Of a stretch of DNA of 64,000 bases, positions 1 through 12,500 are shown one piece after another; position 1 is the first letter of the stretch; each line of letters opens with the position of its first letter. A program made the position numbers and the translations under genes. Origin of the DNA: the human T2T-CHM13v2.0 reference genome, Homo sapiens; NCBI RefSeq assembly GCF_009914755.1, contig NC_060939.1; one strand, written 5' to 3'. A model generated the notes under the pieces. That model saw nothing but the letters and a program-made list of their open reading frames with translations, had not been told where the DNA came from and did no database searches.

Positions 1-182
1 CGCCGACGAGCGGTCCCTGCGCGCTGCCCGCCCGGAGCGCAGCCCCCAGGCTCGGCCGAGCCGCCGGCGGGGCGCGGGGAGCGAGCCGGGAGCTGCCGGA
101 CCCCCTTCCGCCGCCGCCCCGGGCCGCCGCCGCCGCCCCCGCACGCCGCGCCCGCGCCCCCGCTCCGCCGCGGAGTTTCTGC
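1..182 (+). other. CORO2B: 5' UTR part of exon 1 (TSS at or upstream of the window start)
   Basis: GC-rich sequence with no ATG before 183; short (CCG)3 at 108-116 and (GCC)5 at 123-137. Confidence 0.75.
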
Positions 183-197
183 ATGACTGTCACAAAG
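183..197 (+). CDS. CORO2B: Coronin-2B first coding exon, 5 codons (MTVTK), phase-0 donor
   Basis: ATG ACT GTC ACA AAG followed directly by the near-consensus donor AAG|GTAAGC (198-203) in a CpG island. MTVTK matches my recollection of the human coronin-2B N-terminus. Confidence 0.88.
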
Positions 198-261
198 GTA
201 AGCGCCGCTCGCCCGCCGCGCCCGGGACCCGCCGGCGCCTGCATCCCCCGGGCTAGGCTGC

Positions 262-294
262 GGGGGGCGCGGGGGTGTGGGTGTGGGGAGGGGG
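262..294 (+). other. G-quadruplex-capable G-run cluster
   Basis: G6-cgc-G5-tgt-G3-tgt-G4-a-G5, about 65 nt downstream of the exon 1 donor. Confidence 0.7.
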
Positions 295-924
295 CGCCGG
301 TGCCGGGAAGGTGCGGCGCGCGCCTCTCTTGCTGCCGGATCCGCTCGAGTCACTCCGGCCCCCAAGGACTGCGGAGGCCAGGGGGAGGATGCCGCTCTGG
401 CAGCCCCGGCGGTTTGGCCAACATCCCTCCGCGCCCGGCCCAACCCCGGGACTGCATTTTTAACCCTTGTTTGGGATGCTGCATTTTTAACCCCTGGAGA
501 GCTGGGCTGGGCGGCTAGCGGTGTCCCTCCAGGGAGTGCGCGGCGGGAAGCGTCGCTGGCAGGGGCTGGTGCTGAGCAGTGGGTGTGGGGATGGGCCTGC
601 CGCCCCGAGGAGGCCAGCGGAGGGGAAACCCCACCCCACCTGCCAGCCTCTGCCGCCCATGCCGGGAGCGCTGGCTCCACTCCAAAGCCACTCAGTGCAG
701 AAGGCGCTGCCCAGTCCCGGGAGCCGCTACCAGAGACAGGGCAGGTCCAGGTGGTTGGCTTGAAGATGTGGGGAGGGAATGTGACAGGGGAAGCAAAGGT
801 GGGCATCTTGGCAGCCCCCATATTGGAGGATGATTGTTGGGCCTTGTCATAGGGGCCCACGTTTATTGGAGAGACTTCAGGGGCTTCCTAGTTGTAGGGA
901 GGAAAGAGTTAAGAGGAAAGATGA

Positions 925-1100
925 TGGGGCAGTGGAAAGTGCCAGGGTCAAGGGACCAGGGAGACCTGAGTTCAATCCCAGCTCTATCCCAGATCCCCTG
1001 GATGACCTTGGTCGGGGAGGGGTCCACTTTGGGCCTCAGTTTCTTCTTGTGTGCTGTGAGGGTGATAATATGGGTCCTGGGTTGTGACAGGCTGTTAAAG
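925..1100 (+). mobile_element. MIR SINE (diverged)
   Basis: agacctgagttcaatcccagctct...tgaccttgg...gggcctcagtttc core. Confidence 0.7.
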
Positions 1101-1789
1101 AACCAATAACATCAAGGGTGTGAACCCACACTCTTCAGAGAGATCTGTCTGGGTACTGAGCTCACAGTCTGGCGGTGGCCTCGGGCTTGGCCGTCCATTC
1201 AAGGGCCAGACTCCACCCTTTCCAGCTGCCCAGCTGGGTCCCAGAATTGGGGAGCTGGAGGCCAAAGTGGGACCGGCAGCCCAGAGTGGGGTCAGATGGA
1301 GGGTTGGGGTGCAAGTGATGGAGGTGGGGTGGTTTTGGCTCCTTCTGGTAAGCCAGGGCCTACCCTTGCCCTCCTGAGGTCTGCCCCAAGACTGAATGTT
1401 TGTGCGGATTCTTGGGCCCAACTCCAAACTTTGCCATTGGCCCTGGTTCTGGGACTTGGGAGCATTGTGAGAAGATGAACTTGAGGGTGCAGGGGCTTCC
1501 TCAGCTCTGGCTACTTCTGGCAGGGCTGTTGTGGCCCACCTGGGGTAAGATGCTTAGGGTTTTGAAATGATGCAAATGCTATTCAGCTGGGAGGGATATT
1601 AAGGTTATTAATGTCAAAGATGCAAGCAGGCTGGGACAGAGGAGTAATGGATGGGCCCGGCTAGAGAGAGAAAGGGTGTGAGGTTTTAATAATAGCGCTG
1701 AGGATTAACTCAGCGCCTCCCCTGTGTCTCTTTTTGTGCGCGAGCTCATGCAGCCTTCCTTCCCTGGAGGCCTGCAAGGAAGGTGTGTT

Positions 1790-1910
1790 CAGTTCTCTTT
1801 AACAGTGGAAGGAACTGAGGCTCAGAGAGGTGAAATGACTTGCCTGAGGTCACACAGCATGTATGTGGCAGAGCTGGGGTTTGCCCTCAAGTCTGTCTCA
1901 ATCTATGGCC
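1790..1910 (-). mobile_element. MIR SINE
   Basis: ggaactgaggctcagagaggtgaaatgacttgcctgaggtcacacagc. Confidence 0.85.
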
Positions 1911-2369
1911 AGTGATCTTTGCACTGCTCTGCATCGTTGGGCATCCTGGCTACTGGGGGACTTCCATGGTAGAGGAGCACTGCTTGGAGACCTGAACCTT
2001 GAAGCAGGGATGGGACAGGGAGTCCATGAAAGTGGGTGCTTACCTGTTAAGCCCACTGGCAGGCCTAGCTTCTTGGTATCCAGTAACTATTCAACACTCC
2101 TCCACCCCCATACCCAGCCCCCAACAAACCCTCCATGTCGCTCACCTCCTGCTCTAACCAATGTGGCTTTGGCTTAAGCAAGCTCAGGGGATTAAATAAA
2201 ATCCCCACCTTAACCCTATCTTCTCTCCCCTTGCTGGCCCTTCACAGACCAGCGTGTTCTTGTGGGGAACAGAGAGCAAGAGGGATGCAGGAAAGGCACT
2301 GGGGACTGCTTTGCTGTCTACAAGCCCGCTGGTAGTAGCTCTTCCAGTACCATAGGGAAAGCCACCATG

Positions 2370-2520
2370 CTCTGGAAGTCTGAAGGCCTGGCCCCTAGTC
2401 CTAAATTAGCCACCAACAGGCTGTGTGACCTTGGACCAGTCACTTCCATCCTTGGGCCTCTGTTTTTCTATTTGTCAAATGTAAGACTTGGTTCCAATGA
2501 TCTCTAGGGCCTCTTCTGCT
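2370..2520 (+). mobile_element. MIR SINE
   Basis: ctgtgtgaccttggaccagtcactt...gggcctctgtttt. Confidence 0.7.
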
Positions 2521-5500
2521 GAGCCTTGGTGCAGCTTCAGTTCTGGCAAGAAAGTCACCTCTGATGGAGATTGGGAGACTCTTTGTTCTCTGAGGGGTGG
2601 TCTGTTTACAAGACAGATATGAAGGAGAACCCTAAAGAGGGTGTGAGAGGTAGGATCGCTGCTGACACACTGGGAGCGGTAGGTAGGGGAGGAAATGGGT
2701 TCGAGAGTGAGCTCCCAGGGCAGTGTCTAGGGCTCTAGCCTTCTCTGCTGCTGCTTCTCCAGGCAGAGGGTCATGGCTGGGTCCCAACTTCCTGCCCCTT
2801 GGACGAATGCCTTAGTCCTTGTATCAGGTCCCCTCAGGGCAGAGTCCTCTGGGCCAGGGTTAGGTATGGACTGCAGGAGCTCTGAGCTCAGAGAGGCCTG
2901 GCAAGTGGAGAAGAGGAAAGCAGATGGCAAGTTGCTAGATCCTCAGTAGCACTTCTGTAGAGGAGGTGAGCCTGTTTTCCATTTTCCGCCTCTCTTTCAT
3001 ACATCCCCTTGCCCCCTTAACCATGAGGCACAGCTGCTAAAGCTGCCGGCAAACCCTGTGGTTTCTGAAGGACTCCTGCCCTAACTAGCCTTAGGAACAC
3101 AGAGCCCCGGAGAACTTCTAGCCCCGTGGCATTTCTCCTGGCTATGTTTTAAACTTTATTTGATTGTATGTAATTTAGTAAGTTACCTTACTTTCTTTAT
3201 AGGATGAGAAAGAGAAGAAAGCCAGAAAAAGGGAAGAAAGAGTGGAGGGAAGGAAGGCTCTGATGCAGGGCCCTGAGCATGCACAGGAGGTCAAGGTGCT
3301 GCCTCCTCTCAGTCCAACGTGCTTCCTAGGGCAGCTCGGGGCGAGGGAGCCAAGGCTGCTTTCCCTGAGACGAGTAGCTCCAGCTGATTTTATTCTTCAG
3401 GTTCTTCTGACTGCTTTGTATAATTTTCTTGTTCTGTTCCATCTCAGTCATGTACCAGACTAGCAGTGCTTCTCCAGTTCTAAATATCTGTTTCTACATT
3501 GCTATCAACTGGAAAAGCAGAGGACAAGGTACATTAATAGAGTCGTGTGTAAAGTACAAGTTAATGGGCTATAAGAAAACCTGTGAGCTAAAGTCTAGGC
3601 CCTTGCAACCCGCTTTGTACTGCTCAGAGGCCCTTTAGGGTGATTTCCTGGCTGCTGGCTGTGATGTGACCCAGAGGTGGGTCTTCCAGGTAAGGGAGGA
3701 GGTGGCTTATAGTGACCAGGCTCCCCTATTTTGAGGTGTGCTGTGTTAAGTTAGACGCTAGTGAGCTGAATGCTTTTTACCTTCCTGAGCCTGGCTCAGG
3801 GGGGTCAGCGGTCCAGGAGCAAAGTACCCTGAGCAGCACAATTGCCTGCTGCACCTTAGAAGGCCTTAGGAGAGGGAGTGTGGGAAAAGAGAAGACCTTT
3901 CATGCCAACATGCTCCTCCCTGCTAAGCAGATAGATTGTAGGTCCGTGGGCAGCACGATCAACTGTGCCCTGGCCCCTCTTTCTGCAGGCAGCCTTCCCT
4001 CTCCTGCCTCAGCTCCAGCAGGGCACAGCCTGCTGATAAGAGCCAGTGGCTCCTGCTGAATGTGAAAGGACTGAGGATGATGTTATCCTGCCCAGGTAAT
4101 AGCAGGCCTGCATTTTCCAAAGATCATGTGTCTCTAGGGCCCCTACAGAGTCACCCATAGGAGAATAAAATTTTGGAGCGGGCAAATCACCCAACCCTTT
4201 CCCTTGAGAAATGAGGGAACTGAGACGCTGGGAGCAGAAGTTGTAACTTGCCCAAAGTCATTCAGTAAGTTTGAGGCTGGAGGGGCTGGCACCTCGGTCC
4301 TGACTCATGGTCAGTGCTCTTTCCACCCGGCTGCCCTGGCAAGGGGTCCTGGGGCATTCTGAGCAGGCACAAATGTTTTGGCCCCACTCCACTTACCCCA
4401 CTGCATCGCCCCTTCCTGTCCTGCTGGTGCCTGGATTTCCCTCTGTGGGACACCATCTGCCCTAGATGGAAGAAGCATTGCGGGAGTGGGAGGAGGGACA
4501 GGATGTGGGGCAGGGGAGCAAAGTCCATAGGAGCCTTGCTATACCTACAGTCAGATGGCGAGGGGGATTATGAGGCCCCTCTGCCTCCAGTTCCCTGACG
4601 CAGAATCTAGGTACCCAGGAGATACCTGAACCTCCAGACATTCTACATCCCAGCACCTCGTTCCTGTCTGGGTCTCCCTGGGAGAGGAAGTAAGAGAGCC
4701 AGCACCTCAGGAAGCCTTGGTGAAGAGGAAGCGGGGGTACCAGCACAGACCCAGCTCCCGGGTGGGAGCCCACTTGCGGGTGGGCAAGGGCTCTGCCTGC
4801 TCTGCCCACACACCCATTATGCCTCCTCTCCCTTCCCGGCCTTCTTCCAGATATCCAGCATTCTCATGCTGGGAGGTGTGCGGCTAGCAGTCATTCGTTC
4901 ATTTAGCCAGCACCCTCTGAGCACCTACTCTGGGCCAGGCCCTGTGTGAGGCATTAGGAAAACAGTGGCATTAGCCACAGTCCCTGGGATCCAGGACCTT
5001 AGAGGAGAAGGACATGGAAAGGCCAAAGCCTTGAGTTCAGAGTCTCGAGGTCCAGTGGGCATGAGCCAGGAGACCTCTTGCCTTGCCTGCATACTGTAAG
5101 TGCCTAATGAATGCAGGCTCTTTCCTTCCTTACTGTCTCTCCCTCTAGGCAATGAAGCTCACTCTCCAGAAAAGCGCTGTCAGGTGCTTTCTTCTGGACT
5201 GTGCCCAGAGGCCCTGTGTTCCCCTCCCCCGAGGCACTGCCACCTTGACACCTATGGCAGTTCTTAGAGGAAGCTGGGAAGGGTTTGAGGCTCTCCAGGG
5301 CTCCCAGAATCACCCCACAGTGGCCAGCCCTGTGAGGTTGGCACACACTTGAGTTTGGCTGGTTGGGAGTGTGGGCGCTGGCTGGGCCAATGTCCTGGCA
5401 GCTCAGGGATGGAGTGAGTTTTTCCACTTCTCTCCCAGGCCAGCTAGCTGAAGCAGACACAGCCTCCGCCAGGGCCAGGGCTGGTGGAGTCTCGGCTCCT

Positions 5501-6269
5501 GGCACCCGGGCAGCCCTGACTCTGATTTGGATATGCCTGGCCACAGAGCTTATCTGGTGTCCAGGAGATGAGAACGTGTGCAGATTCTCTCTGCGCCCAG
5601 CCCTGTCTCCTTCCCTCTTTTCCTGATCAGCCCCATTGGGTTCCCATTCCTTCCCCTGTAGGCCCTGCAGGCTCAGGCCCAGGGTCCTGGAGCACCCTGC
5701 AGCCTGCGGAGCTTGGGGCAGCTGGCATGGGGCAGGCCTTGCCAGGGAAGGACAGATGCAAATCCAGTGGCTTCCACATGAAAAGTAGCTGTTTAGAATG
5801 AGCCTCTCCTTTGTGGGCCTGGAGTGCGGGACCAGCTGCTAAGGAGGCACAAGTGGGGTGGGGGTGGGGAATGGGGGAGAAGCCACCACCGCCCTTCCTC
5901 ATCCCTCCTTTTTGCCCCCGCAGAGGCCCCTGGAGGGACTTTGTAATTGGTTTCTGGCTGGCAACCTCCTTCCAATTAATTAATGTAGCGATGGGAGGCT
6001 CCCAGGTTTGCTCAGGCTGTCTTTCGTACAGAATACATACATGGGTTACTTCCCTGAATCCCATCAGCTCTGTCATGGTGGGGACGGTCCCCTCTATTTA
6101 GGGACGGATAAACAGAGTGTCTGAGTGGAGAGATGACCACACCCTGGTCCCAGAGCTAATGTGGGTCAGAGGCGGGATGCACGCCCAGATCTTCTGGCTT
6201 TGAGCCAGAACCTTTTCAATCCGATCACATAATGGTCCACAACCCATGAAGATTAATCACCATCATCAT

Positions 6270-6470
6270 GATAATAACAGTTATTAAGCAGGCGTTGGGC
6301 ACGCATGATCGCATTTACTCTGTACAACCATGGGGTAGATTCTATTATCCATCCCATTTTCTAGAGGAGGAGAGTGAGGCTTAGTGAGAGTAGGTGAACG
6401 GCTCAAGGTCACAGGTTGAATGAATGGGTGGGGAGCAGGGATTTGTACCTGGGCTGTCTGACTCCAGAGA
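6270..6470 (-). mobile_element. MIR SINE
   Basis: tattatccatcccattttctagaggaggagagtgaggcttag...caaggtcaca. Confidence 0.7.
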
Positions 6471-6944
6471 ACACTTTCATCTCACTTCCAGGCCTTTGGT
6501 CCTGGGGCATGATCGTACTCTGCTTCCACTCCCCACCAACCCCCCACCTACAACACAGTGGGCTATTGTCTGTTGTGTTTGTGGCCCTGCCACTGAGGAT
6601 GTGCAGGACAAATGCTGGTTGCCTTGAGGGTGATGCCCATGGTTGTGTCCTGCTTAGATTTGCCTGTGGTCTTTACTGGAGCTAGGAGTCATGTAAATGA
6701 TTCGGGGAAGGGTGCTGGGGGAGGAGGGTGTCCTATACATGGTGTTTGACATCAGATTGGGCTGCTTGGGTAGGGCATTCAGCCGAGGGCAGAACAAAGT
6801 AGGACAGAGGCAGAGCCGCCTTCTCCATTTCCATGAGGCTAGCTTGGTTCAGAGAACGCAGGTCCCTGGTCCAGGCCTGCAGCCCTTACGAAGCAGCCTT
6901 TTCTCGAGTTAGCCCCTGATGATTTGGGGTTCCACTGGCTAGGA

Positions 6945-7160
6945 ATGCTGGCTTTGAAGTCAAACACATGGCAGTCTGTCATTTACTTGCTGTGTATTCT
7001 TGGGCAAGTTGCCTCACCTCTCTGAACATCTGTTTCCTCATCCATTCATTGGGATTGATAATAGTAACAATCCTTTACTATTAAGGATTGTTATTAAGAT
7101 AAAGTGAGCCGATCCATGTGAAGCACTTACCGTATGCCTGACATGTAGTGTTAGCTGTTA
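6945..7160 (+). mobile_element. MIR SINE (near full length)
   Basis: cttgctgtgtattcttgggcaagttgcctcacctctctgaacatctgtttcctcatc...tgcctgacatgtag. Confidence 0.8.
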
Positions 7161-7939
7161 TTCTCAGGAAGACAGAAAATTAATGAGTGTCCTGGGGCTT
7201 ATGAAATGAGCAGTACAGGGAACTCTGGGAATAGCAGGGGGCCTGACCTAGTCAGAGGGATGAGGAAGTGACTTTAAGTTGAGTCATGAAGGATGAGTAG
7301 GAGGTAGCAGGTGAAAGGAGGGGAGCTGAGGAGGGAGCAACAGGCCGGGGATGAATGGGCAAACGTCAGGAGTCAAAAGCCACGGACCTTGATCACTTCC
7401 TGCATGCTGGACATTGATGAGAGCATGGTACAAGTATCCACTCATTTAATCCTCAGAGTGACATCATGGCATAGGTTACTGTTATCATCCCTGCTTTACA
7501 GATAAGGACACAGGCACAGAGAAGCTAAGTCACCTGTAAAAGGTGGCCCAGTGAGGCAGGATGAGGCTGGTCCAGACCCGGACCTCCGGATTCTGGCCTC
7601 TTTCCTTCCCCCTGCCTGCTGCTTGGTGATAGGGAGGGTGGCCTGACCCTGGCTGCTTCTAAAACTGACCCAGGCAAGGGGGTGTGGAAGTGCCAAGTTC
7701 AGTTGCCTACCCCGATGCCTCACGGAGCCTCCTTGGGCTGTGTAAAGTGGCCAGAGGCCCTCCTGGCTCTCAGGCAGGAGGGAGAAGTCATTTATTTTTC
7801 CAAAAGGAAACTTTGCTCTGGCAGGAAATTTTCCACCTTTTATTTTTAGTGGGCTCAATTATGACCATTTTTGTTCTTTAAATCTTTCTTATTATCTATA
7901 TTGGGCCTTGGTCTTTAAAGTCAAACTATAGGGAGATAT

Positions 7940-7941
<2 letters not shown>

Positions 7942-7980
<39 letters not shown>
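7942..7980. repeat. (AC)19 microsatellite
   Basis: Perfect AC run. Confidence 0.97.
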
Positions 7981-7982
<2 letters not shown>

Positions 7983-8012
7983 TTTTTTCTAAAGTGTTAA
8001 AAGTCCACACCA

Positions 8013-8101
8013 ATAGTCCCAGCTACTCAGGAGGCTGAGGCAGGAGATCATCCTGGGCAACGTAGTGAGACCCCATCTCTAAAACAAACAAACAAAAAAA
8101 A
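8013..8101 (+). mobile_element. Alu monomer (FLAM_A-like), 5'-truncated with an internal deletion
   Basis: tagtcccagctactcaggaggctgaggcaggag joined to cctgggcaacgtagtgagaccccatctct plus an A-rich tail. Confidence 0.75.
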
Positions 8102-8799
8102 CCCCCTAAGTGTCTGCAGTTTGGTGTCTGCTCTGTCCGAGCTCAGAGAAGGTGGATGTTTTACATGGTGTTCATGCCACAGGCTTAAACTTACTGTCCC
8201 CTGTATGAGATAAGTGTCAACACCCCTGGAGGCTCTGGCTGCCCAGAGCGGTGGTGTGTGGAGGCTCACCCTGGGTAGGTGCTCATGCTAATTGCTGGGA
8301 AGCCTCCATGATCAGTATTTAACTCCGGAGATGTCTGAGGTCATCTGGGCCAGCACTCTGCCTGTACGGCACTCTACACTTTTTAGGAATATCACAATGA
8401 TTCCTAATTTTAATTTAGATTCGTTTAAGAAATACCAATTTAATAGTAGTCAGTTCTCAGCCTTTCACCAGGTGCTAGGCCCCTGCTTTCAAGGGACCAA
8501 CAGACAATAACAATAACAATAATAATAGAAGCGGCTAACCCTTCCGGAGCACTTAGTTTATGCCAAGCATATACAATTTGTTTTATATGTATTAATTCAT
8601 TTAAGCTTCATGACAGCCTATGAAGTCTGTGCTATTATTATCCCCCTTTCTATGGTTGCAGAAATGGAGGTCCAGGGAAGGAAGGGAGGTAACTTTTACA
8701 GTGTTCCCACAGCCAGTCAGGGACTCAGCCTGCCTCGCAGGCCTTCTGTCTTGCCACTTTGTCAGGCTGGTGGGAATGACCCGGAAATATGTGGTCCAG

Positions 8800-8990
8800 A
8801 GCATGGGACCTGGAGGCAGAAGACCCAGGCCTCGCTCTTGCCTCTGCTCCTTACTGTGTGACCTTGGGCTAGTCCCTGGATGTCTCTGAGCGTCTGTGAA
8901 AATGGAGTTAGTAGTCTATCTCTGTAGGGTGCTCTAATATTTAAGTAACATGGAAAGATGTAAATAAGGTGCTTTGTAGATGTCATGGCA
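8800..8990 (+). mobile_element. MIR SINE
   Basis: ctctgctccttactgtgtgaccttgggc...tctgtgaaaatggag. Confidence 0.7.
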
Positions 8991-11849
8991 GGAAATGGTT
9001 TATTGTGATGTCTAATCTGTGCCCACTCCTTTCCTCTTCCTCACCAGTATTTCAAGGCCCTCAGATTTAGGCAGTTCCTTCCAATAGCTAGCCCACTTCT
9101 CCCCTGCTGTAGTCCTTATTTCAGAATTGATTCATACTCTGTGGGTGGAAGAGAAAAGTTCATCTCTTCCAAACAGCCTCTATCTGTTTTTACTCTGTCA
9201 GGCTAGTTTGGTGCAGATGAAAAGTTGCTTTTCTCTCTTCCTGTTCTGTCTATTTTGGCTGTTTTAATATGCTTGGGACAAATAATCTGGCTATAAAAAT
9301 GTGGTGTCCTGCTTTCATTTGAAAAGTGAGCCAAATAAAGCATCCAAACCTTGATCTGTATTATCCCGGCTCTCTGTAGATCAGAGCTCCCTGTGGAAGG
9401 CGAGGGAAGGTGGGTCCCAGAGCACAGTCCTACCTGGGTCCCTGGGCAGAAAGACCAGGTTCCCACTGTCAAATGACCTTGATCTTTGCTCCAGATACCT
9501 CCCGATGCCCCCAGGGCTCAGACCTGCTTTTCCTTTAGGTTTATGGAAAGGAATAGCCTCTACTAGCTTGAGGCATTTGCAGCAAATCATTTAAACACCT
9601 TGAGTTTGATTTCAGAACTAACAGTTTTATAATCTGGAATCTGGTAGAATCCAGGACGTGGAACGGCTGATGGAAAGAAAGGTGTTGGTGGAAGGGGACA
9701 AAGGGATTTAATTCCTGAGGATTTTTATTTAACTCCTGAAGAAATTGCTGGTTATGCCTGCCCTGCTGACCTCCAGGTGAAAGACCAGCTTGCAAAAATG
9801 CATGGGGAAATTTGGGATTCCGAGAAATTTGGAATTCTGGGAAAGGGGATTTCTGCATACCTGAGTGGCCAACTGATAACTTTATCATCACAAATCTTTC
9901 TTCTAGAGACCCTGAGTCTGCCTTCCTGCCTTACTCATTAAAAGATCTGGGAACAAACTCAAGTTATTATGGATTGAGGCTGTTTCAGGGCTTGAGCTGT
10001 TCTGTTAAACTGACCTTTTCAGGGTTCGGATCCACATTAATTTCTCAATCCTTGGAGTTCCTGTAGCATATGATCCCTGGTATACCAGCCAGCAGGTAAA
10101 GGCCTAATGTGCCTTGTTTGCTGATTATCTTATGAGCATGATCTTTGGCTCCCTAACTTGTGAGCTTGCTGAAGCTAGAGATTAGGTCTGATTCTTTTTA
10201 GTAGCTTTCACAGCATTCATCAAAGGGCTATGCATGCCAGTTAGAGTGTGTTGTGGATTTTTCGAATACCAGGTATAGACATATAAGATTTGGCAGGATT
10301 TGGAGCAAACCTAAAACATTCCCTGTTGCTGCTTGGACAAAATCTCTACTGTTAGAGATCTGTGGACTGCTACAGCCGGAAGGGACTTTAAAGATGTACA
10401 GTAGAAACGCCCATTTTGCAGAGGAGAAAACTAAAGCCCTAGAAAGTTTTCCCAAGGGGGTATAGGAAAGATGTGGCTGAGTGGGAACTGGGGCTCCCCC
10501 AAGTTACTGCTCAGGTTGGGTTTTCCAATTCTGTGGGTTTTTTTCTAGGCTTCTAGTAGTTGCCCGATGTTGGCAGGCCAAGGACTGATTCAAAAGTGGG
10601 GAATGGGAGAAAGTTCCAGAAAGGAGACTTTGAGAACTTAACCTAGATGGGAGGAGGCACCTGGTTGGAGAGACTTGGCTCCCCAAGTGACCAACTAGGA
10701 GCGCCCTGACCAGAGGCCTGGTTTGGCAGTGGCAGAGGCAGAGGGAGCAACTTCGGAGCCCTTTCTGCTCAACCATCAGGCTGCGGCTGCCCAGGCCTGG
10801 CAGTGCATGCCCTACATGCCTGGCTGCCCCCCTGGCCTCCACAGTGGCCCGTGACCCCCGGCTCTCCCTCCTGGAAGCTGGCCGTCCTGGCACACTGGGC
10901 TGCCAGCAATCTTTCCCTCCTTTGTTTCTCTGAAACCATGAGAAGGGCCGCTGAGTTGGGAGCCTGGGTTGCTAAGAGCTTTCCTCAGGCCAGACCATAT
11001 CACCAGCTTGAGAAGTCTCCTGGCCAAGATTTCCCTGGAACTCTGGCTCAGAGGGAGGGAGAGTGGGTGGAGGGAAGGGGAGAGGGTACTCAGGAGCCAC
11101 AAACAAAGCTGCCCCTCTGCACCACCGCCCCCCTCTCCCAGGACCAGAGTGTAGGAGCAGCCTGGGAGCCACAAACTCAGTGGGCCTTTGCTTTTTGAAG
11201 AGCCCTGGGAACAATGGAACAACAAAGCTCTTCGGAGGCTGCCCCCCCATGCCCAGCCCTGCACTTCTGTTCGCTCAGGTACCCCCATAACTCTGCTGTT
11301 ACCCCCACTTTTCAGAGGGGGAGACAGCCTCCGAGAGGATGGCCTGCCCTGCTTCACACAGCAGGAAGGGGCAAACTGGGCCATAACCCGCTGGCTGCAC
11401 CGCCCCATGCACAAGCAGGAGCTGCAGGCCAGCTGGCCTGGCAGTGGATGGCTGAGGGTGCTGCGGGGCCGCTGGTTTAGAAGGTCCTCCCCTACCACTT
11501 CGCTTAGAACCCACTATAGAATTCCCTTCCTTTGGGTCTTTTAGGTGTTCTTAAAAATACAAGTCCCCCTGAGGGGGTAATAATGCCCTAAGTGGTTGTC
11601 ATTGACTGGACCGAGCCTGCTGGAAGGAAAACACTAGAGTAGGTGCAGGAGGGGTTCCTGAGAGGCAAATGAGGCAGGAGGGAGAGCTGGTTACTGTAAG
11701 TGAGCCAGTTTTGCCAGGGAAGTGAGTGTGGAGAGGAGAGGACAGCCAAGCTTATTCTGTGTTCCTCTCCACCCTGGCTGCCCTGTTCTCCTATGCAGGG
11801 CCGGCCGCCTTCCCCATCCCTACCCTTGTGCAAATAAAACGAGGACTGA

Positions 11850-12500
11850 GATTTATTTAAAAAAAATTTGCTGAGCCCTGTATGCCAGGCCCTAAGCGGC
11901 ATTGAGGGTGCAGGGATGAACCAAAGCAGTCTCTGTCTCCAGGGGGATCCTGGTCTGTGGGGGGACACAGGCTGCAGGACTCAGAAGGACACATGGCTGC
12001 AGGGATGTTGGGGAAGGGAGGCTGATGGGTGGAGGCGTGGAACAGCAGTGACAGGGACATGTGCACAGAACTGTGAAACTATGAGAGACGTGGCTGGGCA
12101 GGCCAAGGAAGCTCTCTGGAAGGAGAGATCTTCCCTCAGTCTTCCAGCATGAGTAGGCAGAGGCAGATGAAGAGGCAGGAAAGGCATTCCAGGTTGAGCG
12201 GGCAGCGTGAACAAAGGAATGGAAGGGGAAACATGTTTGGCTTATTCTAGGAGAGAACCAGTTGGGTGCTGCTGGGCTGGAAATGGAGGGGCTGTATGTG
12301 GCTGGACAGGCAGGCAGGGGCCATGGGGAGCTTTGGATGCCAAGCCAAGAAGCTTGAGCTTCATTGTGTGGTGTTGCTGGGAGTCCTAGAGGGGCTTTAA
12401 GCAAAGGAGTGATGTGATCCCATTCACACTTTAGGTGGTCTGTCCCTACCCACATTGCCCTAGAGGCAGAGAGGTGAGTGGACATTCTCAAAGCCTATGT
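11850..12500 (-). mobile_element. L2 LINE 3' fragment
   Basis: aatttgctgagccctgtatgccagg...gcattccagg...ggggctttaagcaaaggagtgatgtgatc. Confidence 0.75.

Larger units (their letters stand above)
1..560. promoter_or_regulatory. CORO2B: CpG island covering the first exon and start of intron 1
   Basis: Very GC- and CpG-rich (cgccgccgcc, gcgcg, ccgcgg); CpG density falls sharply after ~560. Contains an EGR1/WT1-type site CGCCCCCGC at 134-142 and GC-box-like motifs. Confidence 0.93.

Noticed and set aside
183-518. 111-aa ORF starting MTVTK
   Set aside because: Reads through the splice donor at 198; the rest is low-complexity CpG-island translation.
10812-11498. 228-aa minus-strand ORF
   Set aside because: Non-ATG start, no recognisable domain; expected by chance in GC-rich DNA.
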